A DNA stretch of 64,000 nt from a virus (Duplodnaviria; Caudoviricetes): IMG/VR virus record IMGVR_UViG_3300045015_000053. One strand, written 5' to 3'. The position numbers were made by a program, and so were the translations under genes. The notes beneath the pieces were generated by a model. The model was given only the letters and a program-made list of their open reading frames with translations, was not told where the DNA came from and did not search any database. Positions 45,601-55,682 of this stretch are shown one piece after another (position 1 is the stretch's first letter; every line of letters begins with the position of its first letter).

Positions 45601-46236
45601 ATGCAGCAGTATTACACTTTCGACAAGTGCCGACTGATCAACGGGCAGCACCGTTCTCTTGACGCGCAAGTCAACATCGAAATCGACATCCAGAACAGCG
45701 ACCCTTACGGCCCACCGCCGCCGAAGGGCTACTATAATCCCTACGGCTTCGCGTGCAGGGGGGAACTCTCCGTAGAGTGGGCTTCTGACGGGCCGTCTCA
45801 CCTCAAGAAGATGTTGGAAGTCGAGCTTGTTCTCCGAGAGGAAGACCTTTCCACCAAGCTCAAAGTCGTTCTAATGGAATTCATCGGTTCCGACGTGGTG
45901 TTGCCCGGTGCCAGACCGGGGCAGCCCGCTCGGATCAAGCGGCACATGTGGTCCTTCATCTGCATCCAGCGTCCGATCAGCGACGGTCTGCAACTGTTCC
46001 CAGAGGCTTTGAAGAGAACCGTGATGAAAGTGTTCTTGTTTACCGGCTTCCTCGGCGTCTGGAACAACACCAAGACATCGGCGGTGATCGTAGCTTCGGG
46101 CAAGGCCGAAGCAATCGCGCAGATGAAAGAGGAATTGAAACAAAGAGGTCTTGCCGACTTGGAAGAGAGCGATTACTCTTTGGTTGAGATCGATCCAACT
46201 CGTCCCTGCCGCGTGATGGTCGCGGACGGGGACTAA
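45601..46236 (+). CDS. Hypothetical protein (possibly two fused ORFs)
   Basis: RBS GGAGGAG before ATG 45601; internal MKVFLF segment. Confidence 0.55.
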   Translation: MQQYYTFDKCRLINGQHRSLDAQVNIEIDIQNSDPYGPPPPKGYYNPYGFACRGELSVEWASDGPSHLKKMLEVELVLREEDLSTKLKVVLMEFIGSDVVLPGARPGQPARIKRHMWSFICIQRPISDGLQLFPEALKRTVMKVFLFTGFLGVWNNTKTSAVIVASGKAEAIAQMKEELKQRGLADLEESDYSLVEIDPTRPCRVMVADGD

Positions 46237-46257
46237 TTTCACACAAGGAACACGGTC

Positions 46258-48261
46258 ATGGGAAACAAACTCACGGTTTACTCGAACGGCATCACCCACG
46301 TCCAGAAGGTCGTCGCCCTCGACGGCAGGACCACGGTTTCGATCCCCGTGCGGAAGAAGTACGTCGCCGACGTACTCGCTACCGTGGCGGTGTTCGGCAA
46401 GGTCAAGCTCGTGGAGCCGCCGTCCTACACCAACGACGCCTCGAAGAACGCGCTGACGCTCGATCCGAGCAACGTCCACTTCGCGCTCGTCACCAAGCTC
46501 TCCGGTGCGGCCGTCAAGATCAACCAATCGGGGGTCAACTACGAGGGCCGGCTGCTCGGCGCACACTCCGAAGAAGTCGCCTCCGCGAACGGCACGACCA
46601 GCGTCAAGTACCACGTCCAGATCATCGACAAGAGCGGGGTCGTCCGTCAGTTCGCTCAGGGAACTTACGCGACCCTCGAATTCACCGAGCCGGAAGTCCA
46701 GCGGCTGATCGACACCGCGATCTCCAAGAACTTCGAGAGCGTTCGGCCCGACTCCGTACTCGTCAAGCTGGTCCTCGAACCGACCGAAGGCAAGACCGGC
46801 GAGGCCAGAGTGGAGTACGCGACCCCGACCGCCGCGTGGCAGTCGATCTACCAACTGCGGTTGGGTAAGTCGGCCACACTGGAATACAACGCCAAGATCG
46901 ACAACCCGACCGACGAGGACTGGCTCAACTCGAAGGTGAGCGTCGTGGTCGGCGAGCCGATCACGCTGGAAACCACCCTCGGTGAAGTGCGGACGCCGAG
47001 CCGGTCGAAGGTCGATCTCGTCGCGAGCAAGGCGGTGGGTCCGATCCGCGATCAGAGTGCTGTGTCCCGGTCGATGACGAAGGGTGGCGGGCAGATGTAC
47101 GCCCTCTCCGCGATGCGGGGCGCACCGGAATCCATCGGTGCGGCACTGGGCGACTACGAAGTCGATGCGTGCTATGCCGAGAACAGTTTCGGCGGGGCGG
47201 CACAGGTGGCCGGCGCGACGGCCGAAGAGGTGGGGGACTTCGCCATCTTCACCTCGACCGACGAGATCGACGTGAAGGGCGGGTCGAGTGGCGTGGTGCG
47301 GCTGTTCAACGAGACGGTGGACGCAGAAGAGGTTCTGTTCTTCGACAAGAAGCAGGACGCCAACCGCGCCTACCGTGGCGTCCGGTTCAAGAACACCACC
47401 CCGAACTCGCTCGGTCAGGGCATCTGCACCGTGTACCTCGGCAACACCTTCGCGGGGCAGTCCGAGTTCAAGGCGTGCAAACCGGGCCAGAAGAAGACCA
47501 TCGTGTTCGCCCGCGAGAACGGCGTGAACGCCCACTCGACATCCGACAGCAAGAACAGTCGGATCGCGGTCGGCGTGGCGTCCGGCAAGCTGTGGGTGCG
47601 TTCGCGGTCCACGGTGGAGACGACGTATAAGTTCAACAACCTGTACAAAGACACCGCGTTCGAGGTCGAAGTCGATCACGAGTACAGCCTCGGCGAACAG
47701 GTCGATCTGGCGGTCACCAACGGCGTGAAACTCGAAAAGACCAAGACGGGCGTCAAACTGACGGCCAAGATGCCCGCGAACAGTGAAACGTCCTTCACGC
47801 TGACGGAAACGAAGGTCGTTCCGCAGGAGTGGAACGTCGTGGGGGCGAACGGTCTGGACTCGGTCCTCCGCATCTTCGGCGACGACAAGAAGCTGATCGC
47901 GAAGCTCGAAGCGTCGGCGTCGTACCAGAAGGTTCGCAAGCTGGCCGACGAACTGGACGCGATCAAGGTCGAAATCGGTGACATCAACGCCAAAGTCACC
48001 GAGTTCAACCAAGAGGCGGCTTCGCTCAAGGAAGAACAGAAGCGGCTCCTGTCGCTGGTGCAGGTGGGCAGCGCGGCCTCGCAACTCAGCAAGTGGCAGG
48101 GTGAACTGGACAAGACCGAAGACCGGATCAAGGAAATCGACAAGACTCTCGTCCCGAACACCAAGAAGGACGTGAAGGCCAAAGAGAAGGACGCTCGCGC
48201 GAAGGAAAAGGAAATCGAGGCCGCGATGAAGGAGTTCGTGTTCGAGTCCGAAGGCGTCTGA
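46258..48261 (+). CDS. DUF4139-like beta-rich protein with C-terminal coiled coil
   Basis: W.S.YQL, IDN.T.EDW..SKVSVV.G.P, VGDF. Confidence 0.6.
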   Translation: MGNKLTVYSNGITHVQKVVALDGRTTVSIPVRKKYVADVLATVAVFGKVKLVEPPSYTNDASKNALTLDPSNVHFALVTKLSGAAVKINQSGVNYEGRLLGAHSEEVASANGTTSVKYHVQIIDKSGVVRQFAQGTYATLEFTEPEVQRLIDTAISKNFESVRPDSVLVKLVLEPTEGKTGEARVEYATPTAAWQSIYQLRLGKSATLEYNAKIDNPTDEDWLNSKVSVVVGEPITLETTLGEVRTPSRSKVDLVASKAVGPIRDQSAVSRSMTKGGGQMYALSAMRGAPESIGAALGDYEVDACYAENSFGGAAQVAGATAEEVGDFAIFTSTDEIDVKGGSSGVVRLFNETVDAEEVLFFDKKQDANRAYRGVRFKNTTPNSLGQGICTVYLGNTFAGQSEFKACKPGQKKTIVFARENGVNAHSTSDSKNSRIAVGVASGKLWVRSRSTVETTYKFNNLYKDTAFEVEVDHEYSLGEQVDLAVTNGVKLEKTKTGVKLTAKMPANSETSFTLTETKVVPQEWNVVGANGLDSVLRIFGDDKKLIAKLEASASYQKVRKLADELDAIKVEIGDINAKVTEFNQEAASLKEEQKRLLSLVQVGSAASQLSKWQGELDKTEDRIKEIDKTLVPNTKKDVKAKEKDARAKEKEIEAAMKEFVFESEGV

Positions 48262-48267
48262 TTCTCG

Positions 48268-48313
48268 CAAAAACGGGACGCGGACCTAACCGCGTCCCGT
48301 TTTTGTTTATAGT
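48268..48313 (+). terminator. Terminator hairpin followed by a TATAGT box
   Basis: 16-bp stem 48268-48283/48290-48305. Confidence 0.7.
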
Positions 48314-48336
48314 GTCCTTTCAACGACGAGGGTGTC

Positions 48337-49029
48337 ATGGTGGAAATCACACAAGGCAAGCTGATTTCGTTCGAGATGACGCCCACAAACAAGGGCGTCG
48401 GCCGCGTCTGCGGCATCGCATACGTCGGGCAAGTCATGAACTCCGAAGACGTGGTGATGGCGTTTGGCGCTCACAGGGGCAAGAAACTGTCCCAAGTGCC
48501 GCACGACTACCTGAAGTGGATGGAAAAGGCCATTCAGGACAAACCCGAACTCATTGCGCACGTCAAAGCGGTTCTCGCCGCCAACAAACCCGTTCAAACG
48601 GTCGATCCGAACGATGTCGCCAAAGTGAAAGCGGAACTGGATCGTGAGAAGAGGAAGCCACGCCCACGGTTCACCTTAACGTCGAAGAACATCGACGCGG
48701 TACTGTCGTTGGGCGAAGCCCTCCCGCCAGAGGTTTACATCAACGCTCCATCCAAGACCGAGATGGAAGCGATCCTGATGAAGTGCGAAGAGTACACGGG
48801 CTGCATGGTCAAAACCCGTTGGGCGGCGCAAGGCCGGGTACTGCTTCCAGAGGCGACACACTCTTACGTTTTCAACTGGCTAAAAAGCGATCATCAAGGA
48901 AGGCCGATCCCCGTTTACGTCTACAACATGGACCAGACCATCTTCGACGCGGACGAAGAGGAGCGGTTGAAATGCTTGGACGCTTTGAACGCCCTCGCCA
49001 GAGGGTCAACCACTACTGAGGAAGAGTGA
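48337..49029 (+). CDS. Hypothetical protein with a DUF3820-like motif
   Basis: FGAHRGKKLSQVPHDYLKW. Confidence 0.6.
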   Translation: MVEITQGKLISFEMTPTNKGVGRVCGIAYVGQVMNSEDVVMAFGAHRGKKLSQVPHDYLKWMEKAIQDKPELIAHVKAVLAANKPVQTVDPNDVAKVKAELDREKRKPRPRFTLTSKNIDAVLSLGEALPPEVYINAPSKTEMEAILMKCEEYTGCMVKTRWAAQGRVLLPEATHSYVFNWLKSDHQGRPIPVYVYNMDQTIFDADEEERLKCLDALNALARGSTTTEEE

Positions 49030-49175
49030 TGCAGAACTTCATTCTGGGACTGGCCGTTGGAGCTTTTTTGACATCGATCCTGTTCGCGCTTCTCAATCGC
49101 TCGTCCAGAGCGGAGAAGAAAGAAGATCCCGCCGACTGGTGGAAGAACGGCGGCGAACCGCCGAACCCGTTTTGA
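49029..49175 (+). CDS. 48-aa single-TM protein (not in ORF track)
   Basis: TGATG coupling; ends at the terminator. Confidence 0.65.
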   Translation: MQNFILGLAVGAFLTSILFALLNRSSRAEKKEDPADWWKNGGEPPNPF

Positions 49176-49206
49176 AAAAAGCCCCGGTTCGACACCGGGG
49201 CTTTTT
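49176..49206. terminator. Bidirectional terminator between convergent genes
   Basis: AAAAAGCCCCGGT-TCGAC-ACCGGGGCTTTTT. Confidence 0.85.
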
Positions 49207-49517
49207 CACGCGACCGCTGTTATTAGCGACACGATGATGGAAACTATCTGAAGGATCTGCGGGAGGTTCTTCTGAAGCCAGTCGAAGAATCCGCCTTTGG
49301 ATGGTGGCGGCGGTTCGGCCCCAACCTCCATTGCGGCGAGCGCCACGGTCTTGTTGTCGAGGTCGTCAACCGCGTCGGCCGCTTGTTTGCGGCTGAAGCC
49401 GTGCTGACGCCGCAAACGGGCTTCCACGCGGTTGCGGATGACGTGTTGGAAAAGCGGGTGGTTCGAGTAGGCGTCCAGCGGGCTGGCGGCGACTTGAACA
49501 ATTTCGGTGTCTGACAT
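49206..49517 (-). CDS. Late protein with hydrophobic C-terminus
   Basis: TAAATA at 49549-49554 (minus), RBS AAGG. Confidence 0.7.
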   Translation of the reverse strand: MSDTEIVQVAASPLDAYSNHPLFQHVIRNRVEARLRRQHGFSRKQAADAVDDLDNKTVALAAMEVGAEPPPPSKGGFFDWLQKNLPQILQIVSIIVSLITAVA

Positions 49518-49554
49518 AATGCCTTTCGATTGGAGTTATGGGACACCGTATTTA

Positions 49555-50124
49555 TTACTCTCGGAAGTAAATTGCCATCCCCTCGCCGTGTCCTTCGAGC
49601 TTGCGGGCGTACCACCCCGGCAAGTTACACGTCCGGTCGAACGACCAGCCTGGGCCGTGATCGAGACTCGTTTCCGCCACGTCGTGAACCAAAATGTACC
49701 CGTGTTTCGACAGACGCAACATGGCCTGTGTCATGTCCAAGTGCGACGGTAGATCCCCGTGGTCGCCATCGACGTAGATCAGGTCGAACACGTCGTCTTT
49801 GCTCAACGATTTCCAGAAGTCCCAACTCGATGATTCGACAAACCTGAACGGGCAGTCCAAATCTTTGAGTCCTTTGGGCCGATCTTTCAGCTTGATGTCA
49901 ACGCCCGTGTAGTCGCCGAACACGTCGTGGCAGTACAGTAGCACGTCGGCCGAATCGACCCCGATTTCCAGTACGCGGGGCTTCTCGAACATCTCGGCTA
50001 CCGCCCGAATGCAGTGGCGGCGGTCCCAGAATTCGAGACGCGATTGCGGCCAGTTCAATTCGGGTTTCTTGTTCCAAAATTTGGCTCGGTCCATTTTGTC
50101 TTTCTCAAGCCATTTGCTTGGCAT
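49555..50124 (-). CDS. Class I SAM-dependent methyltransferase (Methyltransf_24-like)
   Basis: VLEIGV, FDLIYVDGDH, ILVHD. Confidence 0.85.
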   Translation of the reverse strand: MPSKWLEKDKMDRAKFWNKKPELNWPQSRLEFWDRRHCIRAVAEMFEKPRVLEIGVDSADVLLYCHDVFGDYTGVDIKLKDRPKGLKDLDCPFRFVESSSWDFWKSLSKDDVFDLIYVDGDHGDLPSHLDMTQAMLRLSKHGYILVHDVAETSLDHGPGWSFDRTCNLPGWYARKLEGHGEGMAIYFRE

Positions 50125-51051
50125 TAGTGTTCTTGTTCTGGACGACGTTATCTATGTTGTCTTTCAGATGGAGGAGGAATTCTTTCTGCTTGCCGTTTTT
50201 GATCGCCAAGTTCAAAGAAGCAAGAAGCTCCAGGGCGTCTTTGCTGTATTGTTCTTTGTTTTTCATCGCGTGTTTCAAGACTTCGCCCAGATTGTCTTCG
50301 GTAGCCAACTCCCCGGTCAGCCTCGCGTAGTCCCTCTTCAAAGCGGCCAGACGGACACCGATCTCTTCAAAATCGAAATAATAGTTCTCCGTATCCGAAG
50401 CCTTCTTCCCTCCGAGGACGCCGCCGGCCGCGAAGCTCATCATCCTGTCCTGGGTGGAGTGTGACAGTTCGTGAGCCAGAGTGTGGATTTTGCTAACGTC
50501 GGACACAACGCAGTATTTCTGCGATTTGCCGTTTACTGTCACAACGCCACAGAATCCGTTGACCTGTTTCTTCCCCGCGTTAGAGTTCCATCCGGCCTTT
50601 TGGAAAATTCGTTGGGATCAATTCCGACAACAACTGGCACCGGCTTGTCCAGTAGTTTCGCGTCCATCGCCGTCCCGTCGAGCCGAAAGGTTTGTTTGGA
50701 CGCGCGGTCTACCGAAGCCTTGTATAGCTTGTCGTTACCATAAAGGGGTTGGATTATTTGTGATGGGGTAATCATCTTGATGTTGTTTCTGCCGATGTTG
50801 ACATGCGGGTACTCTTTCTTCAAAGCGACAAGTATGTAATCGACTTCTTGCTCCCCGCTTTTCACCATTTGTTGTTTCGGTTCGGCAGATTGTTGTGCTT
50901 GAGGTGCGTGAGGTGACAGAGACATACCCAAACCCGTCGCTCCCAGTGTCGCAAGTCTGGCAGCGTTTTTGAAAAAACCCTCTTCAAGCGTGAAGTACTC
51001 TAAAGTAATTTCCGCGTTGACGAATTTGCTGAACTCTTTGGCACCTATCAC
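50105..51051 (-). CDS. HExxH metallopeptidase-like protein split by a 1-nt frame break near 50604-50607
   Basis: Two track ORFs join into GIDPNEFFQKAGW..TLAHELSH if one base is added; AT-rich. Confidence 0.55.
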
Positions 51052-54000
51052 TCTTCTCCTCCCGGCGGTCGATACCCAGGCTGGCCCTTCAGCTTCACGA
51101 TGTGCAGTTGGTCCATAGCCCGCGTGTAGGCGACGTAGCGTGCGTTCTCCTCTTGGAGTTTGTCGGCTTCCTTCGTGGCTCGCGGGTGCGGGAACTGGTC
51201 GTCACGCAGAATGTAGACGCGAGAGAACTCCAAGCCCTTCGACTTGTGAGCCGTCGTCAACACCACCGGGTGTTCCTTCTTCACCTTCTCGTTGAATGCT
51301 CTCAGGTCGGCCTCGTTGTCCTGAACGTCGAAACCGCCCAGGCGAGCCTTGAGCCACTTCTTGAAGTCTTTGACGGTCGGCATCGGTTTGGCCGCGACCG
51401 CCCGCATCATCGCGTCGTGCGCCCGGTCGTCCATCTCCTCCACGTCACGCGACATCCCGGTGAACGCCGCCAGTGCGGAGTAAAGAGCTTCCGAGGTGGC
51501 GTTCATTTCCTGTAGGTACGCCTTCTTGGAGTTCATCGAACTGAACCGCTCGTTTTCTTTCTTCTGGTACTCTTCGAGCTTCACGCCGAGGTTCGGCCGA
51601 CCGCCCGCTCGCGGGTGCGGGATCGCCGGGGAATCGTCCCTCATCTTGGCCCCCTTCAAGACCTTGCCGATGTGACGCATCAATTCGTTTGACACGTCGC
51701 GACCCACGATGATGAACGGCACGCCGTCGCCCAACATCTTCAACGCGGCCTGAACCAGCGGTTCGTTGGTACGGGCGATGAACGCCGTTTCCGGCATTTT
51801 CGGCCCGCCCTTTTTCGAGTCCTCGTGTTCCTTCTTGAGCGTGGTGAAGACCTCGCCATATTCCTTGTCTTGGTTTGTGACTTCGCCACCACCGCCGTTC
51901 GGGTACTTGCTCTCACTGTGTTTGAGGCCGGTAACGTGGCCCATGTTGTTGACGTGGTCGAGAATGCCCTTCCGCGAGCGGTAGTTCGTCGTCAGCGTGT
52001 GTTCCGTGTCCTTGTCGCCCGAAAGCTCTTTCAGGGTCCGGCCGAGGCTGTGGAAGGCGTCACCGTCAGCGCCACGGAAGCGGTAAATGGCTTGGTTCGG
52101 GTCGCCTACCGCCACGATCTTCGCGCCGGCACCGTGCAACTTCTCCAGCATCAGCTTTTGGCACGGGTTGAAGTCCTGCACCTCGTCGGCGAGGACCACG
52201 TCGTAGTGCGGCCAGTGCATGTCGTGGGCGTTGATCGCGGCGAACCAGATGTCGTCCGAGAAGTCGCGCATGCTGCCCAGGTCGTATTCCATGCCCTTGA
52301 AACTGAGGGTCTGCGTCGTTCCCTTCGGCAGACTAGCCTTCAGCAGCCACTCGGCTGCCTCAGCGATCTCGTCCTTAAAGTTCTTGCCCATGAAGTCGAA
52401 GCCGTAGACCTTCTTCAGAGCGGCCAGAACTTCCGTGACCATGCTGCTCGAACGGTACTTCCTGATGCGTTCTTTGATTTCGGCCAGCCCGGTATCGAGG
52501 TCGTAACCCTTGAACAGCTTTTCGAGTTCGGCCTTGACGTGGTTGCCGTCTTTTCGCGGATCGACGCCGTAAGCTTTCGCCAAGTCAGCGACCTTCTGCG
52601 AGACTTCCTTGAACATATAGCGGATGGAGTGTGCGCAGCTTTTCGCGGCCGTCGTTGAGTATTCCCCAATCGGCATCTTCTCGATGATGGCGTCGGCGGT
52701 CGCGTCTTCAACGATGCCTAGTTTCTTCAGCACCTCGTTGAACTGCGATCCGTCCACGATTTCGCCCATTTTGCTTCGCGGCATCGGCGACTTTTCTTCC
52801 TCGTCCTCGTCTTCCGAAGCCTTGTTCCGCTTCTTGTTGAGTACCTCGATCATCCGCTCGGTCTGGTCGATCCGGCTGACATTCTCGTTCGACTTCAGCA
52901 AGTTGCCGAGGAAGCCGTTCGTGGTGCGAACGTCAACCCAGGAGGTTGGGAACTTCTCTTGAGCCTCGACCTTGTTCTTGGTGTTGAACACCAGATACAG
53001 CCAGCGTTCGCCCGGCTTGCCGTATTTCCACGCCAAGTGCTTCAACATCGTCGTGTTGTGTGTTACGACGCAGTTTTCTGTGACGTACAAGTTGTCTTTC
53101 GCGTCAACCGCAATGCATTGACACGGTTTTTTGCCAATCGAAGTGATTGACTTGATGACCCTAGACGGCTGATACTTTGTTTTGGGAGTGTACTTCTCCT
53201 GTTTCCTTTTCAAAGAAAAGGGATTGCCAGAGATTTTGATGTACACTCGGTAGCAAGGCTTGCCTGATTTTTTGACCCCTTTGTATGTGTAACTCGTTTT
53301 CTTGTGGGTGATTTTCCCGGTTCCGCCCAGTGACTCAACGAGGAATTTAATGTCTTTGGCAAGACGATACGAAGCGGTAGGGTAGAAAATCGTGTGGGTT
53401 CCGACTTCTCCATCTGTGTCGAGAAGTCCGCTCAACACTTTCGCTCTTGTCTCAACTGTATTGAATTTGTAAATGTCTGGAACAAATTTATTGTCGGACC
53501 CCATTCTCCACAAGCCTAGTTTTTTGATCTCTGCCACAATTTCGTTCTTCCGGCCTTTGATGCCGCTTGAAATACGATAATCGCAGCCATATCCTGTCGG
53601 CCGGCTTTTCAAAGCAGGAGGCAGTAACCGATCAACGCTTTCGACTATTTCTTTGTCTTCCGATGAGTAGGACACGCAGCCGGTTCTGAAACTCCCGTCA
53701 CCCAGAAGCACGCCCATTAAATACGGATCAATGATTGTCAGTTGCGAAGCAAACTCGACGTTTTCGACCATTGGAACATAGTGTTTTGGTTGTTTTCTGT
53801 AGAGCAAATCGCCAGCAATTTCTTTGGTAGTTAGGACTTTGCCATAAGAGAAAAGAGGTATTCCCTTTTGTTGACAGTAGACTCTTTCTCGTTTGCATTC
53901 TGTCAGCCAAAGGTGATCTTCAGAGCATTCCACAATGGACCCGTCCATAAATCCGACTTCGACCACTTCTTGCATCCCTTGAGGGAAGACTCCAATAACT

Positions 54001-55019
54001 TTGTGTGGTTTGCCGTCACGTCCAATGACCAGATTATTGACTTTAATGTCGCCCATCCTGATCCAGCCTTTTGGGGTCAAGATTTTGGAATCAAGTGGTT
54101 GAGCTTTGCCCGACCCGGCCAGAGCGTTGATCATCATGTGATCCTGGCTCTTGCTGGACATCATCTGCTCGAACCGCGCGTCGATCCGTCGCTGTTCGTC
54201 CGACAATTTCTCGTGTTCGAGGACGTGCTTTTTCTTGTCCGCGTCGTTCGGCTTGCCCTTCGACAACTTGCCCTCGACCAAATCGTGCAACTCGGCCAGA
54301 CTCGGCGCGGAGTAGATGCTCTTGCCGTCATCCTGTTTGACCGACTGCACCACGTTCGGGAGGTCGGACTTGGTAGTCGCGGCCATACGCTGGCCGCCGA
54401 ACGTCCAGATCTCCCAAGCGCCGTTCTCGGCCTCGACAACGCCCACGTCTTCGTCGGCCTTGATCGTTTCGATGTCCTGCTTGGTTTTGGCGTAGATCCA
54501 CTTCTGGCCCTTAGCAGGTGCGGCCGATGGCTTTGCTTGAGTTTGAGCTTGTTGTGGTTGTTGCGGCTGTGTGGCTCTGTGGGTGGCGGCGACTTGTCGG
54601 AGAGCTTCGATGGAGTCGGCCATTACCGGGGTGTTCCCGTCGCGGACGGACTTGACGTAGTTCGCCAGTTCTTTTTCAGACACGAAGGCGCGGGCGTTCG
54701 TGTCGAGGTGGACGACTTCCCACGTCCCTTCACGGGGTTTTGAAACGCCCACGTCATCGCCGGCCTTCAATTGACCGACCGGCTTGATGATTCGACTGTA
54801 GATCCAGCGACCCGTGGGCTGTTTGTTGGTTTCCAAGAGGCACCTTGAGAGGATTTCGTCCTGAATTTCCAGATAAAATGCGTCACCCAGGTCGCTGCGG
54901 TGGTAGTTTTCAGCGATCCATTTTAGGTCGGAAACTGACGTTTCGCTGCCGAAATAGAAGTTCTTGTAGAACCGCGAGCGGCATTCTGAAACGAGCCAGT
55001 TTTTGAAGTCGAGTTTCAT
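51048..55019 (-). CDS. UvrD/Rep superfamily 1 helicase with intein and N-terminal extension
   Basis: ALAGSGK/TT, LVFN, DEVQD, VGDPNQAIYRFRGA, NYRS, ARTN, TAHKSKGLEF, YVAYTRA. Confidence 0.9.
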   Translation of the reverse strand: MKLDFKNWLVSECRSRFYKNFYFGSETSVSDLKWIAENYHRSDLGDAFYLEIQDEILSRCLLETNKQPTGRWIYSRIIKPVGQLKAGDDVGVSKPREGTWEVVHLDTNARAFVSEKELANYVKSVRDGNTPVMADSIEALRQVAATHRATQPQQPQQAQTQAKPSAAPAKGQKWIYAKTKQDIETIKADEDVGVVEAENGAWEIWTFGGQRMAATTKSDLPNVVQSVKQDDGKSIYSAPSLAELHDLVEGKLSKGKPNDADKKKHVLEHEKLSDEQRRIDARFEQMMSSKSQDHMMINALAGSGKAQPLDSKILTPKGWIRMGDIKVNNLVIGRDGKPHKVIGVFPQGMQEVVEVGFMDGSIVECSEDHLWLTECKRERVYCQQKGIPLFSYGKVLTTKEIAGDLLYRKQPKHYVPMVENVEFASQLTIIDPYLMGVLLGDGSFRTGCVSYSSEDKEIVESVDRLLPPALKSRPTGYGCDYRISSGIKGRKNEIVAEIKKLGLWRMGSDNKFVPDIYKFNTVETRAKVLSGLLDTDGEVGTHTIFYPTASYRLAKDIKFLVESLGGTGKITHKKTSYTYKGVKKSGKPCYRVYIKISGNPFSLKRKQEKYTPKTKYQPSRVIKSITSIGKKPCQCIAVDAKDNLYVTENCVVTHNTTMLKHLAWKYGKPGERWLYLVFNTKNKVEAQEKFPTSWVDVRTTNGFLGNLLKSNENVSRIDQTERMIEVLNKKRNKASEDEDEEEKSPMPRSKMGEIVDGSQFNEVLKKLGIVEDATADAIIEKMPIGEYSTTAAKSCAHSIRYMFKEVSQKVADLAKAYGVDPRKDGNHVKAELEKLFKGYDLDTGLAEIKERIRKYRSSSMVTEVLAALKKVYGFDFMGKNFKDEIAEAAEWLLKASLPKGTTQTLSFKGMEYDLGSMRDFSDDIWFAAINAHDMHWPHYDVVLADEVQDFNPCQKLMLEKLHGAGAKIVAVGDPNQAIYRFRGADGDAFHSLGRTLKELSGDKDTEHTLTTNYRSRKGILDHVNNMGHVTGLKHSESKYPNGGGGEVTNQDKEYGEVFTTLKKEHEDSKKGGPKMPETAFIARTNEPLVQAALKMLGDGVPFIIVGRDVSNELMRHIGKVLKGAKMRDDSPAIPHPRAGGRPNLGVKLEEYQKKENERFSSMNSKKAYLQEMNATSEALYSALAAFTGMSRDVEEMDDRAHDAMMRAVAAKPMPTVKDFKKWLKARLGGFDVQDNEADLRAFNEKVKKEHPVVLTTAHKSKGLEFSRVYILRDDQFPHPRATKEADKLQEENARYVAYTRAMDQLHIVKLKGQPGYRPPGGEE
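53055..54104 (-). mobile_element. Intein (350 aa, Ala1 start) in Walker A, with LAGLIDADG endonuclease
   Basis: GK|AQPLDSKILT..CSEDHLW..GVLLGDG..SGLLDTDG..VTHN|TT; AT-rich. Confidence 0.92.
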
Positions 55020-55150
55020 GTTGTCCTTGTTCTGCTTTCCCATCACGGTTATGTAGTTACGCGGAACCGAACTCAAACTGGCAGTTTTTCGATCTCGGCA
55101 TTGTCACAATCGAGCGTTTCGGTTACGCTTTCTCGAAACGGAGGTTTACG

Positions 55151-55682
55151 ATGTGGCCCGAAGACATGGTGGTCGATTCCCCCGACTACATCCCCCTTCA
55201 GCCGAACATCGAGCCGAGGGAAATCGTCCGTAAAGTTTACAATTCCTACTACTTCGCACGCGATTGCGAAATGACGGACAGGTGTTACCGGATCGGCGTC
55301 CGCATTCGCGGGGCCGACAACGTTTCCTACGTCACCCGCAAGGAGTTCCAGAAGCACTCCATCGACCCGGTCGGCTATCTGGCCGGCAAAACCAAATTGG
55401 TTGACGTGGGCGTTTCCGACCACACGAAGACCATCATCTTCTTCTTCGTGGGACGAGCTTCATGCCGCGACACTCACGAGGGAGCAAATCTTCTACGTCG
55501 CGTGCTGTTTGTCGGGCGGCGAGAAGGGAACGTATATCCCAGAGTGGCAGTTGCGACTCTGGGAGATCAAGACACTGGTTCTCTGCGGCGTCAAATACGA
55601 GTTCGCCATCTACGAGCGCCCGCCGCTCAACTGGTGGCAGTTTCCAGACATCATGATGTACCTGAAGAGGGTCGAGCCGTGA
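55151..55682 (+). CDS. Hypothetical protein with a 1-nt frame break near 55450-55452
   Basis: Promoter TTGTCA-17-TACGCT at 55101-55129, RBS GGAGG. The protein reads on in the +1 frame to a TGA coupled with the next GTG. Confidence 0.5.

Noticed and set aside
46000-46030. GGCTTTGA resembling the RF shift site
   Set aside because: The TGA is out of frame in the called gene (GCT TTG AAG) and no shift is needed.
45871-48270. Long antisense ORFs (also 15031-16437, 20696-21898, 27427-28557, 58369-59640)
   Set aside because: Shadow frames of GC-biased sense genes, with no RBS or recognisable motifs.
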